The notes below the pieces were generated by a model. It was given only the letters and a program-made list of their open reading frames with translations. It did not search any database and was not told the origin of the DNA. From contig NC_057720.1 in the NCBI RefSeq assembly GCF_004010195.1, forward strand, positions 2,503,002 to 2,566,484: a stretch of 63,483 bases of DNA. The letters run 5' to 3'. A program made the position numbers and the translations under genes. This document shows, piece after piece, positions 1 through 11,489 of the stretch (position 1 is its first letter; the number at the start of each line of letters is the position of its first letter). The stretch is from Chiloscyllium plagiosum. Taxonomy: Eukaryota.

Positions 1-59
1 ATCAATAACTTTTTATATTTGAAAACTCAGTTACTCCCAATTCTGTTCCTATCTCTCCT

Positions 60-540
60 GGGATTACTGGAACACAGGTTGTGATCTTTCACCTACACAA
101 AACCCTGGTTTGAACCAGACCCTGGGTCAGTGTGAGCATCTCCAGATACAGTATGTCTAGAAGGATCTGAAGATGTTGGCAGGAGAGCAGTATAGATTTA
201 TTAGAAAGAAATCCGGACTCCAGGGTTAATGTACGCAGACAGAGTACACACACTAGTGTTGTATTCCTTCTAGAACTGGGTTCCTAATGTGTGGTCAGAA
301 CCCCAAGTGGGCTAACAAGGTAAAGGTTTCAGGGTTTCCTGTTCTGAGGGAGCCATGGTGTCAATGTAGCCGGCGCTGCCTATCAGCACCTCACCCCCAC
401 TGTCACAGCCCCATCCCAAATCACTTTCTCGGATTTCACTGAGGGACTGCAATAATTTTCCAGCTTCAAAATGGGGTCACAGTGGGAAAATGTTTGGGAA
501 GCCCTGAATTTAGAAGGTTAAGGGATAGATTATTTAATTG
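60..540 (+). mobile_element. Decayed CR1-clade LINE RT 3' fragment, interrupted by a MITE
   Basis: Resembles CR1 RT C-terminal DNA (ccctggtt..acc..ctgg, gtagatttattagaa, gaatttagaaggttaagggg) also seen in other CR1 copies in the window. Confidence 0.55.
276..506. mobile_element. hAT/Charlie (MER5-like) MITE
   Basis: Imperfect TIRs ctgggttcctaa / tttgggaagccctg; approximate 8-bp TSD ttctagaa (268-275) / atttagaa (508-515), matching the NTCTAGAN target preference of Charlie elements. Confidence 0.55.
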
Positions 541-640
541 TTCTGAGGAAGGGTCATTCGACCTGAAACGATAATTCTGATTTCTCTCCACAGATGCTGC
601 CAGACCTGGTGAACTTTTACAGCAATTTCTGTTTTTTGCT
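541..640 (+). mobile_element. PLE pseudo-LTR fragment (family C) with degenerate hammerhead
   Basis: tt-ctgagga-a-gggtc-attc-gacct-gaaa-cg followed by tttctctccacagatgctgccagacctg, shared with copies at 10515, 27270, 31878 and 53760. Confidence 0.75.
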
Positions 641-1299
641 GTTGATGATTTAATTTACAACAAAGTTATTTCCCACAAGACAGCAATGACTTGATTTCAA
701 GTGGAATTCTTTAACTGTAAAATGCTTTAAGAAATGTTAAAGAAATTAGAGGCTTTACTTCTTAAAACCTTCATCCTTGACCAACCCTTTGGTCTAGATG
801 CAAAATCTCCTTCTGTGTCTCAGTGTCAAAACCTGATTGATCGTATTCCTGTGAACTGTCTTGGGATGTTTTACTGCTTTACAGTGACTATATAAATGAA
901 AGAAACATTGCTGTTGTTGTTGATCGAGGGCACATTTGACTGATAAGTGTGGAAAAGTGTCCACAGATGTTTTCTGCAGGAATGTGTCTGCAAAGCGATT
1001 CTTTGATTGGTCTGGATGGTTCCTTTCTCCTGGTGTGAGCATATTGTCAGTCAGCAGGTCATATATAGCACCAGCAGCACAAGGGGGAAGCATGACCTTC
1101 CAAGGGTGTGCTGCCCAGAAAAGACTGAGTAATAAGACAGAAAGTGGAAGAAATCATTGCATTTTTATAATCGCTTTCACAACCAGGGAAGGTCGCAAAG
1201 ATCTTCACAACCTATAAAGTGCAGTCATTAATGTAATAGAGCCAAACAGAACAATCTATTTGCACACAGCAGGGTCTGCCAGAAACAACCTTTAATTTA

Positions 1300-1592
1300 G
1301 GGTATCACGATGGCTCAGTGGTTAGCACTACTGCCCCAGGGATCCAGGTTCAATTCCAGCCTCGGGCAACTGTCTGTGTAGAATTTGCACATTCTCCCCG
1401 TGTCTGTGTGGGTTTCCTCCCACAGTGCAAAGATGTGCAGGTCAGGTGAATTGGCCATGCTAAATTGCCCATAGTGTTAGGTACATTAGTCAGGGGTAAA
1501 TGTAGGGGAATGGGTCTGGGAGGATTACTCTTAGAGGGTCGGTGTGGACTTGGTGGGTCAAATGTTTCCATACCATAGGGAATCTAATTTAA
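1300..1592 (+). mobile_element. HE1 (V-SINE) tRNA-derived SINE
   Basis: A box tggctcagtggttagc, B box ggttcaattcc, V-domain tttgcacattctccccgtgtctg, HER1-type tail. Confidence 0.85.
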
Positions 1593-2099
1593 TCAAAGGA
1601 TCAAATCTTAACTCACTGTCTTCAAATTGTCTCCATTGGAACTTTGACATCCGAGAGGATATTGGACCTGTTCAGCTCCTAGCTTCTGTTGAATGGCTGT
1701 GGCCTCAAGGTCAAAGGTCTGCTGGTTCAAGCCCTGCTTCAGGTTTGGTAGTAATGAGGTAGTGCTCTGCATGGTTATACTATTGCTGCTAGCATACAGA
1801 TCCATATGGAAGCCCAGCTTTGAGCTCCCAGATCAGTCCGAAAGCTCTCCCAGTTGCGCAATGTTTGTGCTGTTTGATATAGCTGAAGATTATTGTAGAA
1901 GGCTCTGGAGTTGATGTCCATGTTACATTAACTCCACCCATTCTCCTGAGGTCACACACACTCTGTGGGGGTGGAGATGGGGAGTTCTCTTCGAGCTTTT
2001 GGAGGGAACAGATGAATGTGGAGCAACTCCATAAGGTCCTGCTTATTCTGAGCAGTGTCCCCTTAATTACTGCTGTCATGTGAAAAATCTTCCTGATAT

Positions 2100-2222
2100 A
2101 AGCACATGGATAATGATGGGTTAGTGTAGGGGAATGAGCTGAGAATAGTTCACAGGTCGGCACAACATCGAGGGCCGAAGGGCCTGTTCTGCGCAGTATT
2201 GTTCTATGTTCTATGTTCTATA
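2100..2222 (+). mobile_element. CR1 LINE 3' end with (TTCTATG)n tail
   Basis: gggccgaagggcctgttctg...ttctatgttctatgttcta; same family as 48076-48420 on the minus strand. Confidence 0.75.
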
Positions 2223-2269
2223 TCTGAGAACAGGCCTCTAGTGAAGGTACTCCATGGTGATGGATCCTG

Positions 2270-2930
2270 CACCAGTAATCACGAGGTAGACCCAAGGCAA
2301 AGTAAAGACAGAGCAGGACTGGGGGCAGTGAGCTACCCAGTACCGCACAGTGGTGGAGGTGGAAAATACCAACAAGGTGATTTGGAAAAGTGCCACACTG
2401 TGATCTTGTCTCAAGACCTTTGCAGTGCAATGCGTACAGTCACTGCTTTGAGTACTGTCATGGACAGATACCCCAGCTTGATTGGTGAGAATGAGGGCAA
2501 GTGTTTTCCTTTTTTTTGTGCCCCCACCACCTGACACAGAGCCAGGCTTTAGCAGCTATGTCCTTTATATGCCAACCACTTCGATCAGTGGGGCTGCTGT
2601 TAAGCCTCTCTTTGTGATGGAGATTGAAATTCCCCACCCAGAGTACATTCTGCACCCTTACCACCCTCAGTGATTCCTGTTCAACACAGAGGAGACTGAT
2701 TCCTCAGCCGAGGGAGATCGGTACGTGGGAACCAGCGTTCCTTTCTCAGGTTTGGCCTGATGCCATGAGATTTCACGGACTCTGGAGACAATCCCAAAGC
2801 AGCCCCTTCCAGAAAAGGGCTTTGAATGATTGATTGGGCAGATTGTGTGTTTGTTGTTTCCTGTGCCTAGTTCAGGGCCAGGTGGTCTGGACACTTTCAT
2901 TCTTGTACAACTTTTCCATGTGGTTTGATA
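2270..2930 (-). mobile_element. CR1/L2-group LINE, APE endonuclease relic
   Basis: ORF 2458-2664 reads VLWVGNFNLHHKERL..TDRSG..IKDIAAK (GDFN motif); ORF 2238-2537 reads LALILTN..VSVHDS..SDC (SDH motif). Confidence 0.7.
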
Positions 2931-3336
2931 CAAGAGAGCAACTCAGATGCTGAAGAATCAATCACTTTGTCTGAATTCATATGTAGGCCAGACCAGGTAA
3001 TAACATTAGTGAAGCAGATGGCTTTTTTTATGATAATGATTGTCATTACTGAGACCAGCTTTTTTAAATTCCAGATGTATATATAAAATGAATTTAAATT
3101 CCCCAGCTGTCAGGTGGGATTTGAATGCATGTCTCTACAGTTTTCATTCATGTGCCTGGATTACCAGTCCAGTAACACTCGCAGAGTGCTGTGTTCCATG
3201 GTAACAATCCTGAGGTAGTGCAAATCTGAAACAAATATGAGGAACTTTGTTGAAAGGAACCTATTCCTCCATCCAATTAGACCAACCACCCATCTGTGAT
3301 AACTACCTCTTCGTCTTCCCATTGAACTACATTGAA

Positions 3337-3655
3337 GATTAGATTAGATTACTGACAGTGTGGAAACAGGCCCTTCGGCCCAATAAGTCCACACCGACCC
3401 GCCGAAGCACACCCACCCAGACCCATTCCCCTACATATACCCCTGCACCTAACACTAGGGGCAATTTAGCATGGCCAATTCGCCTAACCTGCACATCTTT
3501 GGACTGTGGGAGGAAACCGGAGCACCCGGAGGAAACCCACGCAGACACAGGGAGAATGTGCAAACTCCACACAGTCAGTTGCCTGAGGCAGGAATTGAAC
3601 CCTGGTCTCTAGCTCTGTGTGGCAGCAGTGCTAACCACTGTGCCACCGTGCCACC
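3337..3655 (-). mobile_element. HE1 SINE, near full length
   Basis: Reverse complement of ggcacggtggcacagtggttagcactgctg...gggcctgtttccacactg with (AATCT)n tail. Confidence 0.9.
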
Positions 3656-3663
3656 CCCCCATA

Positions 3664-4947
3664 CACGCAGCTCCTGGATAGCACATTTTCCAGTAGCGTG
3701 ATTTACTCATAATGTCGCTGAGGAATTAATGAACGGAAGTTTCGAGAACACTTACCTCTGTTTACGATAGCACGATTCCAGCCTGCTTTGTTCTGCGCAT
3801 ACACTGGCATCAGCTGCTGACAGAGCGGCTTTCTGTGAGGGATACTGTACAGAGAGCAGCTTACTGTGAGGGATACTGTACAGAGAGCAGCTTTCTGTGA
3901 GGGATACTGTACAGAGAGCAGCTTACTGTGAGGGATACTGTACAGAGAACGGCTCTCTGTGAGGGATACTGTACAGAGAGCGGCTCTCTGTGAGGGGTAC
4001 TGTACAGAGAGCAGCTTTCTGTGAGGGATACTGTACAGAGAGCAGCTTTCTGTAAGGGATACTGTACAGAGAGCAGCTTTCTGTGAGGGATACTGTATAG
4101 AGAGCAGCTTTCTGTGAGAGATACTGTACAGCGAGCGGATTTCTGTGAGGGATACTGTACAAAGAACGGCTTTCTGTGAGGGATACTGTACAGAGAGCGG
4201 ATTTCTGTGAGGGATACTGTACAGAGAACGGCTTTCTGTGAGGGATACTGTACAGCAAGCAGATTTCTGTGAGGGATACTGTACAGCAAGCAGATTTCTG
4301 TGAGGGATACTGTACAGAGAGCGGCTTTCTGTGAGGGATGCTGTACACAGAGCAGCTTTCTGTGTGGGATACTGTACAGAGAGCAGCTTTCTGTGAGGGT
4401 TACTGTACAGGGAGCAGCTTTCTGTGAGATGCATTGAGCAGCTTACTATGAAAGATACACCGCTCTTGGATTATCTCTTTGAGAAAATGGAGGGGCATCG
4501 TGAGAAGAATTATAGCAAGAAACATCCTGGTAATAATGTTGCAGGTGATGAACACAAAAGAAAGGCTGTAACAATGGAAGAAAAGTTGCATATTAGAAAG
4601 CATTTTGACCGTAATGAGAGAATATGTGATGTAGCTCGCTGACAGGAATGAGGGGGTCTATCTCACGCACCATGGTGACTCTCTATCCCTGCATTAACAA
4701 ACGTTTTTTACTGTAATGTGTTAAATTTACTTTTGTCTTGTTAATAAATATGATTTCAACCTTCATTCTGGCTGTGCTATACTTTGTGTTAGGCTTTTGG
4801 GTGATTTTTGAGCAATCGTGATTGAAATGTTTAGCTGGTCTGCCCCAACCCTACTTTTCCCATAGGCCCCATTATTTATATTAAACAATTTTCTATTAAA
4901 CAAGGTTTCACTGGAACGCAACTGCAGCTTTATAGGAGAACTATCTG
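3664..4947 (+). mobile_element. Tigger/pogo (Tc1-mariner) DNA transposon relic, internally deleted
   Basis: ORF 4424-4642 ends HKRKAVTMEEKLHIRKHFDRNERICDVAR (CENP-B/psq HTH). Right TIR ttataggagaactatctg followed by TA (4948-49); degenerate left TIR after TA (3662-63). Confidence 0.75.
3820..4428. repeat. 31-bp minisatellite, about 19-20 copies
   Basis: Unit gagagcagctttctgtgagggatactgtaca; explains the three overlapping repetitive minus-strand ORFs. Confidence 0.95.
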
Positions 4948-5289
4948 TAAATTCAAGAACAACTCATGCCCAAATCCATAATGCTTTTTTATCAACATAA
5001 CTAGTTTGTGAGCCCAATCAAACTGGTATTTGTATCTTTACATTCAGGAAAAAAAAATACCTGCCGTGAAGGTGTGCAATAAGGTTCACTAATTAACGCT
5101 TGCAGTGAGGGGATTATGTGATGGGAACAGATTGAGTAAATATGGTTAAGTGACCCCACAACTGACAGATTAGATCAAATCTCCGCAGTCCTGCCACACT
5201 CAGTCGTGAGGATTGGGACCAATTAAACAAATAACTCAAGAATGAGGCTCCACAACTATCCCCACCTTCATCAATAGGACATACCAACA

Positions 5290-6670
5290 GGTCAGTGTCA
5301 GGTCCATCAATCTATTCCCCATCATCAGTAAAGTGATGGAAGTGCACATTAACAATGCTATCACACAACACCTGCTCAGCAATAATCTGCTCAGTGACAC
5401 CCAACTTTGGTTTCTGCTCCTGATCTCATTACAGGTTTGGTTCAAACACCGACAAGGGAGCTGAATTCCAGAGGTCGGGTGAGAGTGACAGTTTTTGACA
5501 TCAAGGCTGCATTCAACTGAGTGTGGTATCAAGGAGCCTGAGAAAAAAAACTGGAAGTAATGGAAATCAGGGGCGAACTCTCTGCTGGTTGGAATCAGAC
5601 CTGACACTTAGGAAGATGGTTGTGGTTGTTGGAGATGAGTCATCCCAGCTCCAGGACATCTCTGCAGGTGTTTCTCAGGGTGGTGTCCTAAGCCCAATCA
5701 TCTTCAGCTGATTCATCAATGACCTTCCCTCCATTGTAAGGTCAGAAGTGGGGATGTTCACTGATGATTGCACAATGTTCATCACCATTCACAACTCCTC
5801 AGATACTGATTCAGTCCATGTTCAAATACAACAAGATCTGGACAATATCCAGGCTTGGGCTCACAAATGGCAAGTAACATTCACACTACAGAACTAATAA
5901 GCAATGATGTATCCAATAAGAGAGAATATAAACTTTCCCCTTTGACATTCAGTGGCATTGCCATCACTGGATTCTCCACATTCTGAGGTTTTACCTGTGA
6001 GTAGGAACTTACATTGACCAGAAACTGAATTTGACTCATCACATAAACACAGTGGCTACAAGGGCAGACCAAAGGTTAGGAATCCTGTAGTGAGTGACTC
6101 CCTCCTGACTTCCCAAAGTCTGTTCACCATCTACAAGACGCAGGAGTGTGATGGAATATTCCCCACTTGCCTGGATGGGTACAGCTCCAGCAACACTCAC
6201 ACAGAGGGTGGTGCATATCTCAAATGAACTGCCAGCAGAAGTGGTGGATGCAGGTACAGTCACAACCTTTAAGAGACATTTGGACAGATAAATGAATAGA
6301 AAGGTTTAGAGGAATATGGGCCAAATGCAGGCAAATGGAAATGATTTAGTTTGGTAAACCTGGTTGGCATGGACAGGTTGGACTGAAGGGTGTGTTTCCA
6401 TGCTGGTTGACTCTATGACTATGACCCTGTGATCATCCAGGACAAAGCAACCCACTTGACTGGCACCACACCCATAAAAATCCACTCCCTCCACCACTGA
6501 CGCTCATTAGAAGTTCACCACATGACCACTTCCATCTAGAAGGGCAAGGGCAGCAGATACATGGGAATACCATCCCTTGCAAGTTTCCCTTCAATCCATT
6601 CACTGTCCTGACTTGAAAAGATATCTCCAATCCTTTAGTGTTGTTGGGTCAAAATCCAGGAACTCCCTGG
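5290..6670 (+). mobile_element. CR1/L2-group LINE RT fragment, decayed
   Basis: Translates to DIKAAF..VW, SAGVSQGGVLSPIIFS..INDLP, and MFTDDC (F[A]DD motif); 3' UTR agggcaagggcagcagatacatgggaa. Confidence 0.85.
6200..6425 (+). mobile_element. HER1/CR1 3' end nested in the older LINE
   Basis: cacacagagggtggtg...gaaaggtttagaggaatatgggcc...(ctatga)n tail. Confidence 0.8.
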
Positions 6671-7149
6671 GTCTATCTTACACAGAATTTCCAAGGATGG
6701 GATGTCATTTAGTTGAAATGTATAAAATTACAAAATAACTTATAGAATCATAAAACATGGAAATAGACCCTGGTCCAAGGAATCCATACCAACAATGTTC
6801 CCAACTTAATTAGTCCCACCTTCCTGCACTTGACCCATATCCCTCCAAATCTTTCCTATTCAAGAACTTATTCAATTGACTTAAGTGTGGCTTTTGAGAG
6901 ACTGTTTCCCAGGAGAATTCAGTTTCAGATTAAAGGGTCAATCATTTCAGGCTGAGGGAAGGGCAAGTTTCTGTTCTCAGTGAAATGTGAATCATCGAAA
7001 TGTTATGTTACAGACAGTCATAGATGCTCGGTCTCTGAGTACATTCAAAACTGATGTTGATAGTCGGTTGACCATGAAGGGAACTGAGGAATATGGAAGA
7101 TGTGTGAGAAGATAAAGTTACTGATGAACTTCAGTCATGGTCTTAGAGG

Positions 7150-7985
7150 AATTAAAACAAGAATGCAGGAGAAACTCAGCAAGTTCGGCCACAACTATGG
7201 AGGGAGAAATATTTAGTATTTTGAATCTAGTATGACTCTTCTTCAAAACTGAGAAAAGTTGGAAAAGTCATTGGTTTTATTAAGAAGAGAGGAGGGATAA
7301 GTGCAGCAGAAATGGAGTTGGGAAAGGGAGTTTTGCGATTAAGTGTGTCAATGAGACCACATAGGGAGTGGCAATGGATGTCAGAGCAAATTACAAAGCT
7401 ATAATAATATCTGAAAGCAACATCAAAATAAGGTGCAGACACTGGGGTAGAGGGGGGGAATGGGGCTGAGGGATGGGGAGAGAGAGGTGGATGTGGGAGA
7501 GGGATGAGGGACAGGGAGAGAGGTGGGTGTGGGAGAGGGGTGAGGGATAGGAACGGGTGGGGAAGGGGTGATAAGATCAAGATATAGGATGGTGCTCATC
7601 AGGATCTCCAGCTAGTGTGAGGATTTCTTGGTTTCTGTTTCAGCACTTTATGGCCTTAACATTGAATTCAGACAGCGAGTTCTCTCTTCTATTTTGATGT
7701 TTTAGCCCTTCCCCCCACCCCAGTGTCTGTATCTTGTTTTTCATGGTTTTGTTTTCAGTCTTTATTTGGGATTTATGCCTTGTGCCTTCTCTCCATCAAT
7801 TGCCACTCCCTTTGCTGTTTGTCCTGTGACACCTTTGATCTCCAATCTCCCTTAACCTCTCACTGACCTGCCTTTCAGTTCCACTTGCCCCTCCTCCCTT
7901 TCCAACAGTATAAAACCCCAGGATGTTTCCCTCTTGCTCTCTCTAAGTTCTGAAGAAGAAAATTTTGGACTCAAAACATTAATTC
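7150..7985. mobile_element. Old PLE (family C-like) with inverted pseudo-LTRs
   Basis: Minus-strand terminus at 7150-7250 and plus-strand terminus ending agttctgaagaag...gactcaaaacattaa. ggccttaacattgaattc (GLNIEF, GIY-YIG end) lies near 7652. Confidence 0.5.
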
Positions 7986-8308
7986 AGGTGGATTTGAATA
8001 ATCATCTTCCTACCCAATGCAAGTCAAAACTGTTTAATTTCATTTGCTCGTGGAACACAGAATTTATTGCCCAGAGGGTTGTTAAGAATCAACTGCATTT
8101 CTGTGGATCTGGAGTCATATATTGGCCAGACCAAGTAAGAATGGTGAAGCTTAAAAAGCATTAGTAAACCAGATTGGTGTTTGCAGTAATTACAAGGCTG
8201 TAGTTAGATGAGTCTCCTTATTGCTAATGTCACCACCTGCCTTGTTGGAAGTTGAATCCATGTGTTTTGAATCTTTATAATGACTAGCTGAGCAACATTA
8301 TCATCACA

Positions 8309-8409
8309 TTATTATCCTGTTCCCTGGATGCTGCCTGACCTGCTGCGCTTTTCCAGCAACACATTTTCAGCTCTGATCTCCAGCATCTGCAGACCTTACT
8401 TTCTCCTCA
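8309..8409 (+). mobile_element. PLE family A 3' fragment, post-hammerhead part only
   Basis: cctgttccctggatgctgcctgacctgctg...cagcatctgcagacc; 15-bp TSD aacattatcatcaca at 8294-8308 and 8410-8424. Confidence 0.85.
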
Positions 8410-8819
8410 AACATTATCATCACACCATTGCCTTCCATATTCAGCAGATAAACAGGTCAGAACTGAAGGGTCCCTCAGGATATGTCATACACACAGGAAA
8501 GCCAGAGTCTATTGTGTTCAGTGCCAGTTCCTTTGAATGAGCAAGGTCTGCCCAGACTGAGGAAGCCCCAGAAATAGTCACTGAAATGTGCCACCTGCTG
8601 GAGTGGATGCTAAACGAGTGCATGGTCATTCTACCCCATGGCTGACTTGTCCTGGTGCACAAGAACCTTTCAAACATGACACACGTGCCAGGGATGCTGG
8701 CCTATTCCAGGATATCCCATCAATGGTGAGTTCTTCCAGTTACAGCCACCAGTGGTCAAGGGGGGAACTGCAGGGTTGGTGCAGATAGTTAACAAGGTGA
8801 GCTTGGGATGATAGCATGA

Positions 8820-9383
8820 AACCATCTCCCCAGCCCCACCGCAACCCCTCCCCCACCCCCCACCCTGTTTATCTCTCCACCCTGGAGGCTCCCAGCCTCC
8901 ACTCCTGATGAAGGGTTTTTGACCGAAACATCGATTTTGCTGCTCCTCGGATACTGCCTGACTTGCTGTGCTTTTCCAGCACCACTCTAATCTAAACTCT
9001 GATCGCCAGCATCTGCAGTCCTCACTTTTGCCTAGATGATTTTAACCTTACTGCGAATCCTCTTGCAAGGATGCCTACCTTGAAGAAGTTCTCCTCTTCT
9101 CTCCACAAGAATCTCAGTGAGTCTTTCTCTCCAACTCCCCAGGTCATCTCCTCTGCTCTGAAGCTCTTCACCTATTGTACTCTCTGCTACCTTCTCCCCA
9201 GCTGCCACCACCCCCCCATTTATGTCTCCACCCTGGAGGCTCCCTGCCTCCATTCGTGATGAAGGGTTTTTGCCCGAAACATCGATTTTCCTGCTCCTCA
9301 GATGCTGCCTGACCTGTTGTGCTTTTCCAGCACCACTCTAATCTAAACTCTGGTTTCCACCATCTGCAGTCCTCACTTTTGCC
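8820..9383 (+). mobile_element. PLE family A partial tandem: pLTR, ORF 5' stub, pLTR
   Basis: Direct repeats offset about 351 bp with hammerhead cores at 8905 (ctgatga) and 9256 (gtgatga, mutated); intervening stub MPTLKKFSSSLHKNLSESF..VISSALKLF. Confidence 0.8.
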
Positions 9384-10514
9384 GAGCATGAATAAGAAGC
9401 ACAACATGAATCTCAACAAAAATGACACTTAGCCAAAGTATCAAACATTCAACCATTTATTTCTCTCTCCACAGATACTGCCAGACCTACAGAATTTATC
9501 CACACTCTCTGCTGTTATCCCAGCATCAGTAGATCGTTGCTTTAATTATGACCTCCTGTTCCTATTTCTTGTGTTCTCAGGATGAGATCTCTTATTATTT
9601 TAGAATATGATAGCACATTCAAAATCATGTGTAGGCTGGATTCAAAACCACAAATGAGCTGTATAGAGTGTATGGGGAGACACTGTTCCCACTTTGAAAA
9701 AAGAACAACAATGAGTGGGCAAAGATTCAAAATGATGTGTAAATGACGCAAAGCTGGTGAGGAAAAGCTTTTTCACACGGTGAGTGGTCAGGGTGTGGAA
9801 TGCAGTGCCTGGAAATGCGATGCAGGCAGGTTCAATTGAAGCATTCAAGAGGGAATTGGATGGTTATAAGGATAGAAATGGTGTGCAGGAAATAAGGGAA
9901 TAGGCAGGAGGTTGGTTCCAGGTAATGATGCTTGTTTGAAGAGTTAGTGCAGGTATGATGGACTGAATGGCCTCTTTCTGTGCCATTTGGTGATGGTGAA
10001 TGTCAGAAAGCTGGTTGACACGTTTAATTAGGAACAAGTGGAAACTGGGAAAACTGATGTAAACATTCTCTTTGTTGTTTGCCATACAGAATCAAAAATG
10101 TGAACAATTTTCAGTATTACTCTCTGAAGGGGATACTTTCTTATTTCTTGGAACAGGCAGCTTCCTCTTATCATGTGATGTTAAATGTTAGTCAGGACAT
10201 ACTGACATCAAATGCTAGTGAAAGGCAGCTATTTAGCACTGTATTTGTGCAGTTATTGGTGGTTATCATTATATATGTCATAATTTTTAGTAATTGTGTA
10301 TATTCAGTGTGGTTAGTAGCAATAGTTTTCATTTTTTGCTTAATTTCAATGTATGCCATTAAATGCAGCTTGTGAAATAACCAAGCAGTTGGAAAATTCA
10401 TTCCCATTTCTCATTTAGTTCTTGGCTCAAAGGCAGGTCCTTTGCGATTATTTATAGAACCACAGCTAAATGTTGTGTGCTTAGTTACAGACTGGGCTAG
10501 GAGGCAGAGCCTTA

Positions 10515-10612
10515 GCCTGAAAGGTCACTGGATCCGAAACGTTAACTCTGATTTCTCTCCACAGATGCTGCGAGACCTGCTGAGCTTTTCCAGCAGTTTC
10601 TGTTTTCCTCCT
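10515..10612 (+). mobile_element. PLE family C fragment
   Basis: ggtcactggatccgaaacgttaactctgatttctctccacagatgctgc. Confidence 0.75.
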
Positions 10613-10738
10613 GAGTCTACCTCAGTTGTAACTCCACATACTTGATTTGTCATTTAGTTGTCATTATACAACTAAACAACAAAAGCTCAGACTGAAAGAT
10701 CCACCTTTAACTTCATCAAAAGGTCCTCAGATGGCATC

Positions 10739-10919
10739 CCTCTTTCCACCTATCACATTTCCAACGCCCCTCCTCCATGTCCCTCCTCCCTACCTTTTAT
10801 CTTCTCCTGCTGAACACTCTCTGCTCATTCCTGAAGAAGGGCCTGTGCCCGAAACGTCGAATCTCCTGTCCCCTGGATGCTGCCTGACCTGCTGTGCTGT
10901 TCCAGCAATAAAGTTTCAA
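10739..10919 (+). mobile_element. PLE family A pseudo-LTR flanked by a 122-bp direct duplication
   Basis: Flanks 10617-10738 and 10920-11041 differ at one position; the insert carries an intact hammerhead and aataaa. Confidence 0.9.
10827..10862 (+). ncRNA. Minimal type I hammerhead ribozyme (PLE-type)
   Basis: ATTC-CTGAAGA-A-GGGC-ctgt-GCCC-GAAA-CGTC-GAAT: stem I ATTC/GAAT, stem II GGGC/GCCC, palindromic ACGT stem III, GUC cleavage triplet. Confidence 0.8.
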
Positions 10920-11029
10920 CTACCTCAGTTGTAACTCCACATACTTGATTTGTCATTTAGTTGTCATTATACAACCAAACAACAAAAGCTCAGACTGAAA
11001 GATCCACCTTTAACTTCATCAAAAGGTCC

Positions 11030-11455
11030 TCAGATGGCATCTTCCAACCCTACGACCTCTTCCATCCAGAAGGACAAGGGCAGCAGATACATAGGAACAC
11101 TCACTATCCTGACTTGGAAATATATCACCGTTCCTTCAGTGTCGCTGGGTCAGAATCCTGGAATTCCATTGCTAAGGGCATTGCAGGTCCACCCACAGCA
11201 CATGGAATGTAGCGGTTCAAGAAGGCAGCTCACCCCCACTTTCTCAAGGGGCAACTAGGGACAGGGACTAAATTATTCCTGATGAAGGGCTTTTGCCCGA
11301 AACGTTGATTTTGCTGCTCGTTGGATGCTGCCTGAACTGCTGTGCTCTTCCAGCACCACTGATCCAGAATCTGGTTTCCAGCATCTGCAGTCATTGTTTT
11401 TACCAGAGGGACTAAATGCTGGCCCAGCCAGCGACACCCATATCCCACAGAGAAA
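11030..11455 (+). mobile_element. CR1/L2-group LINE 3' UTR, interrupted by a PLE
   Basis: agaaggacaagggcagcagatac...gacttggaaatatatcaccgttccttc...ggcagctcaccccc..taaatgctggcccagccagcgac. Confidence 0.75.
11274..11406 (+). mobile_element. PLE family A short insertion with hammerhead (11275-11310)
   Basis: attc-ctgatga-a-gggc-tttt-gccc-gaaa-cgtt-gatt; 11-bp TSD agggactaaat at 11263-11273 and 11407-11417. Confidence 0.9.
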
Positions 11456-11489
11456 TGTTTAGAAACTTACTAAGGAGGCTAAAGAAGGG

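Noticed and set aside
3703..4434. 243/142/141-aa repetitive ORFs
   Set aside because: Translations of the 31-bp minisatellite, not genes
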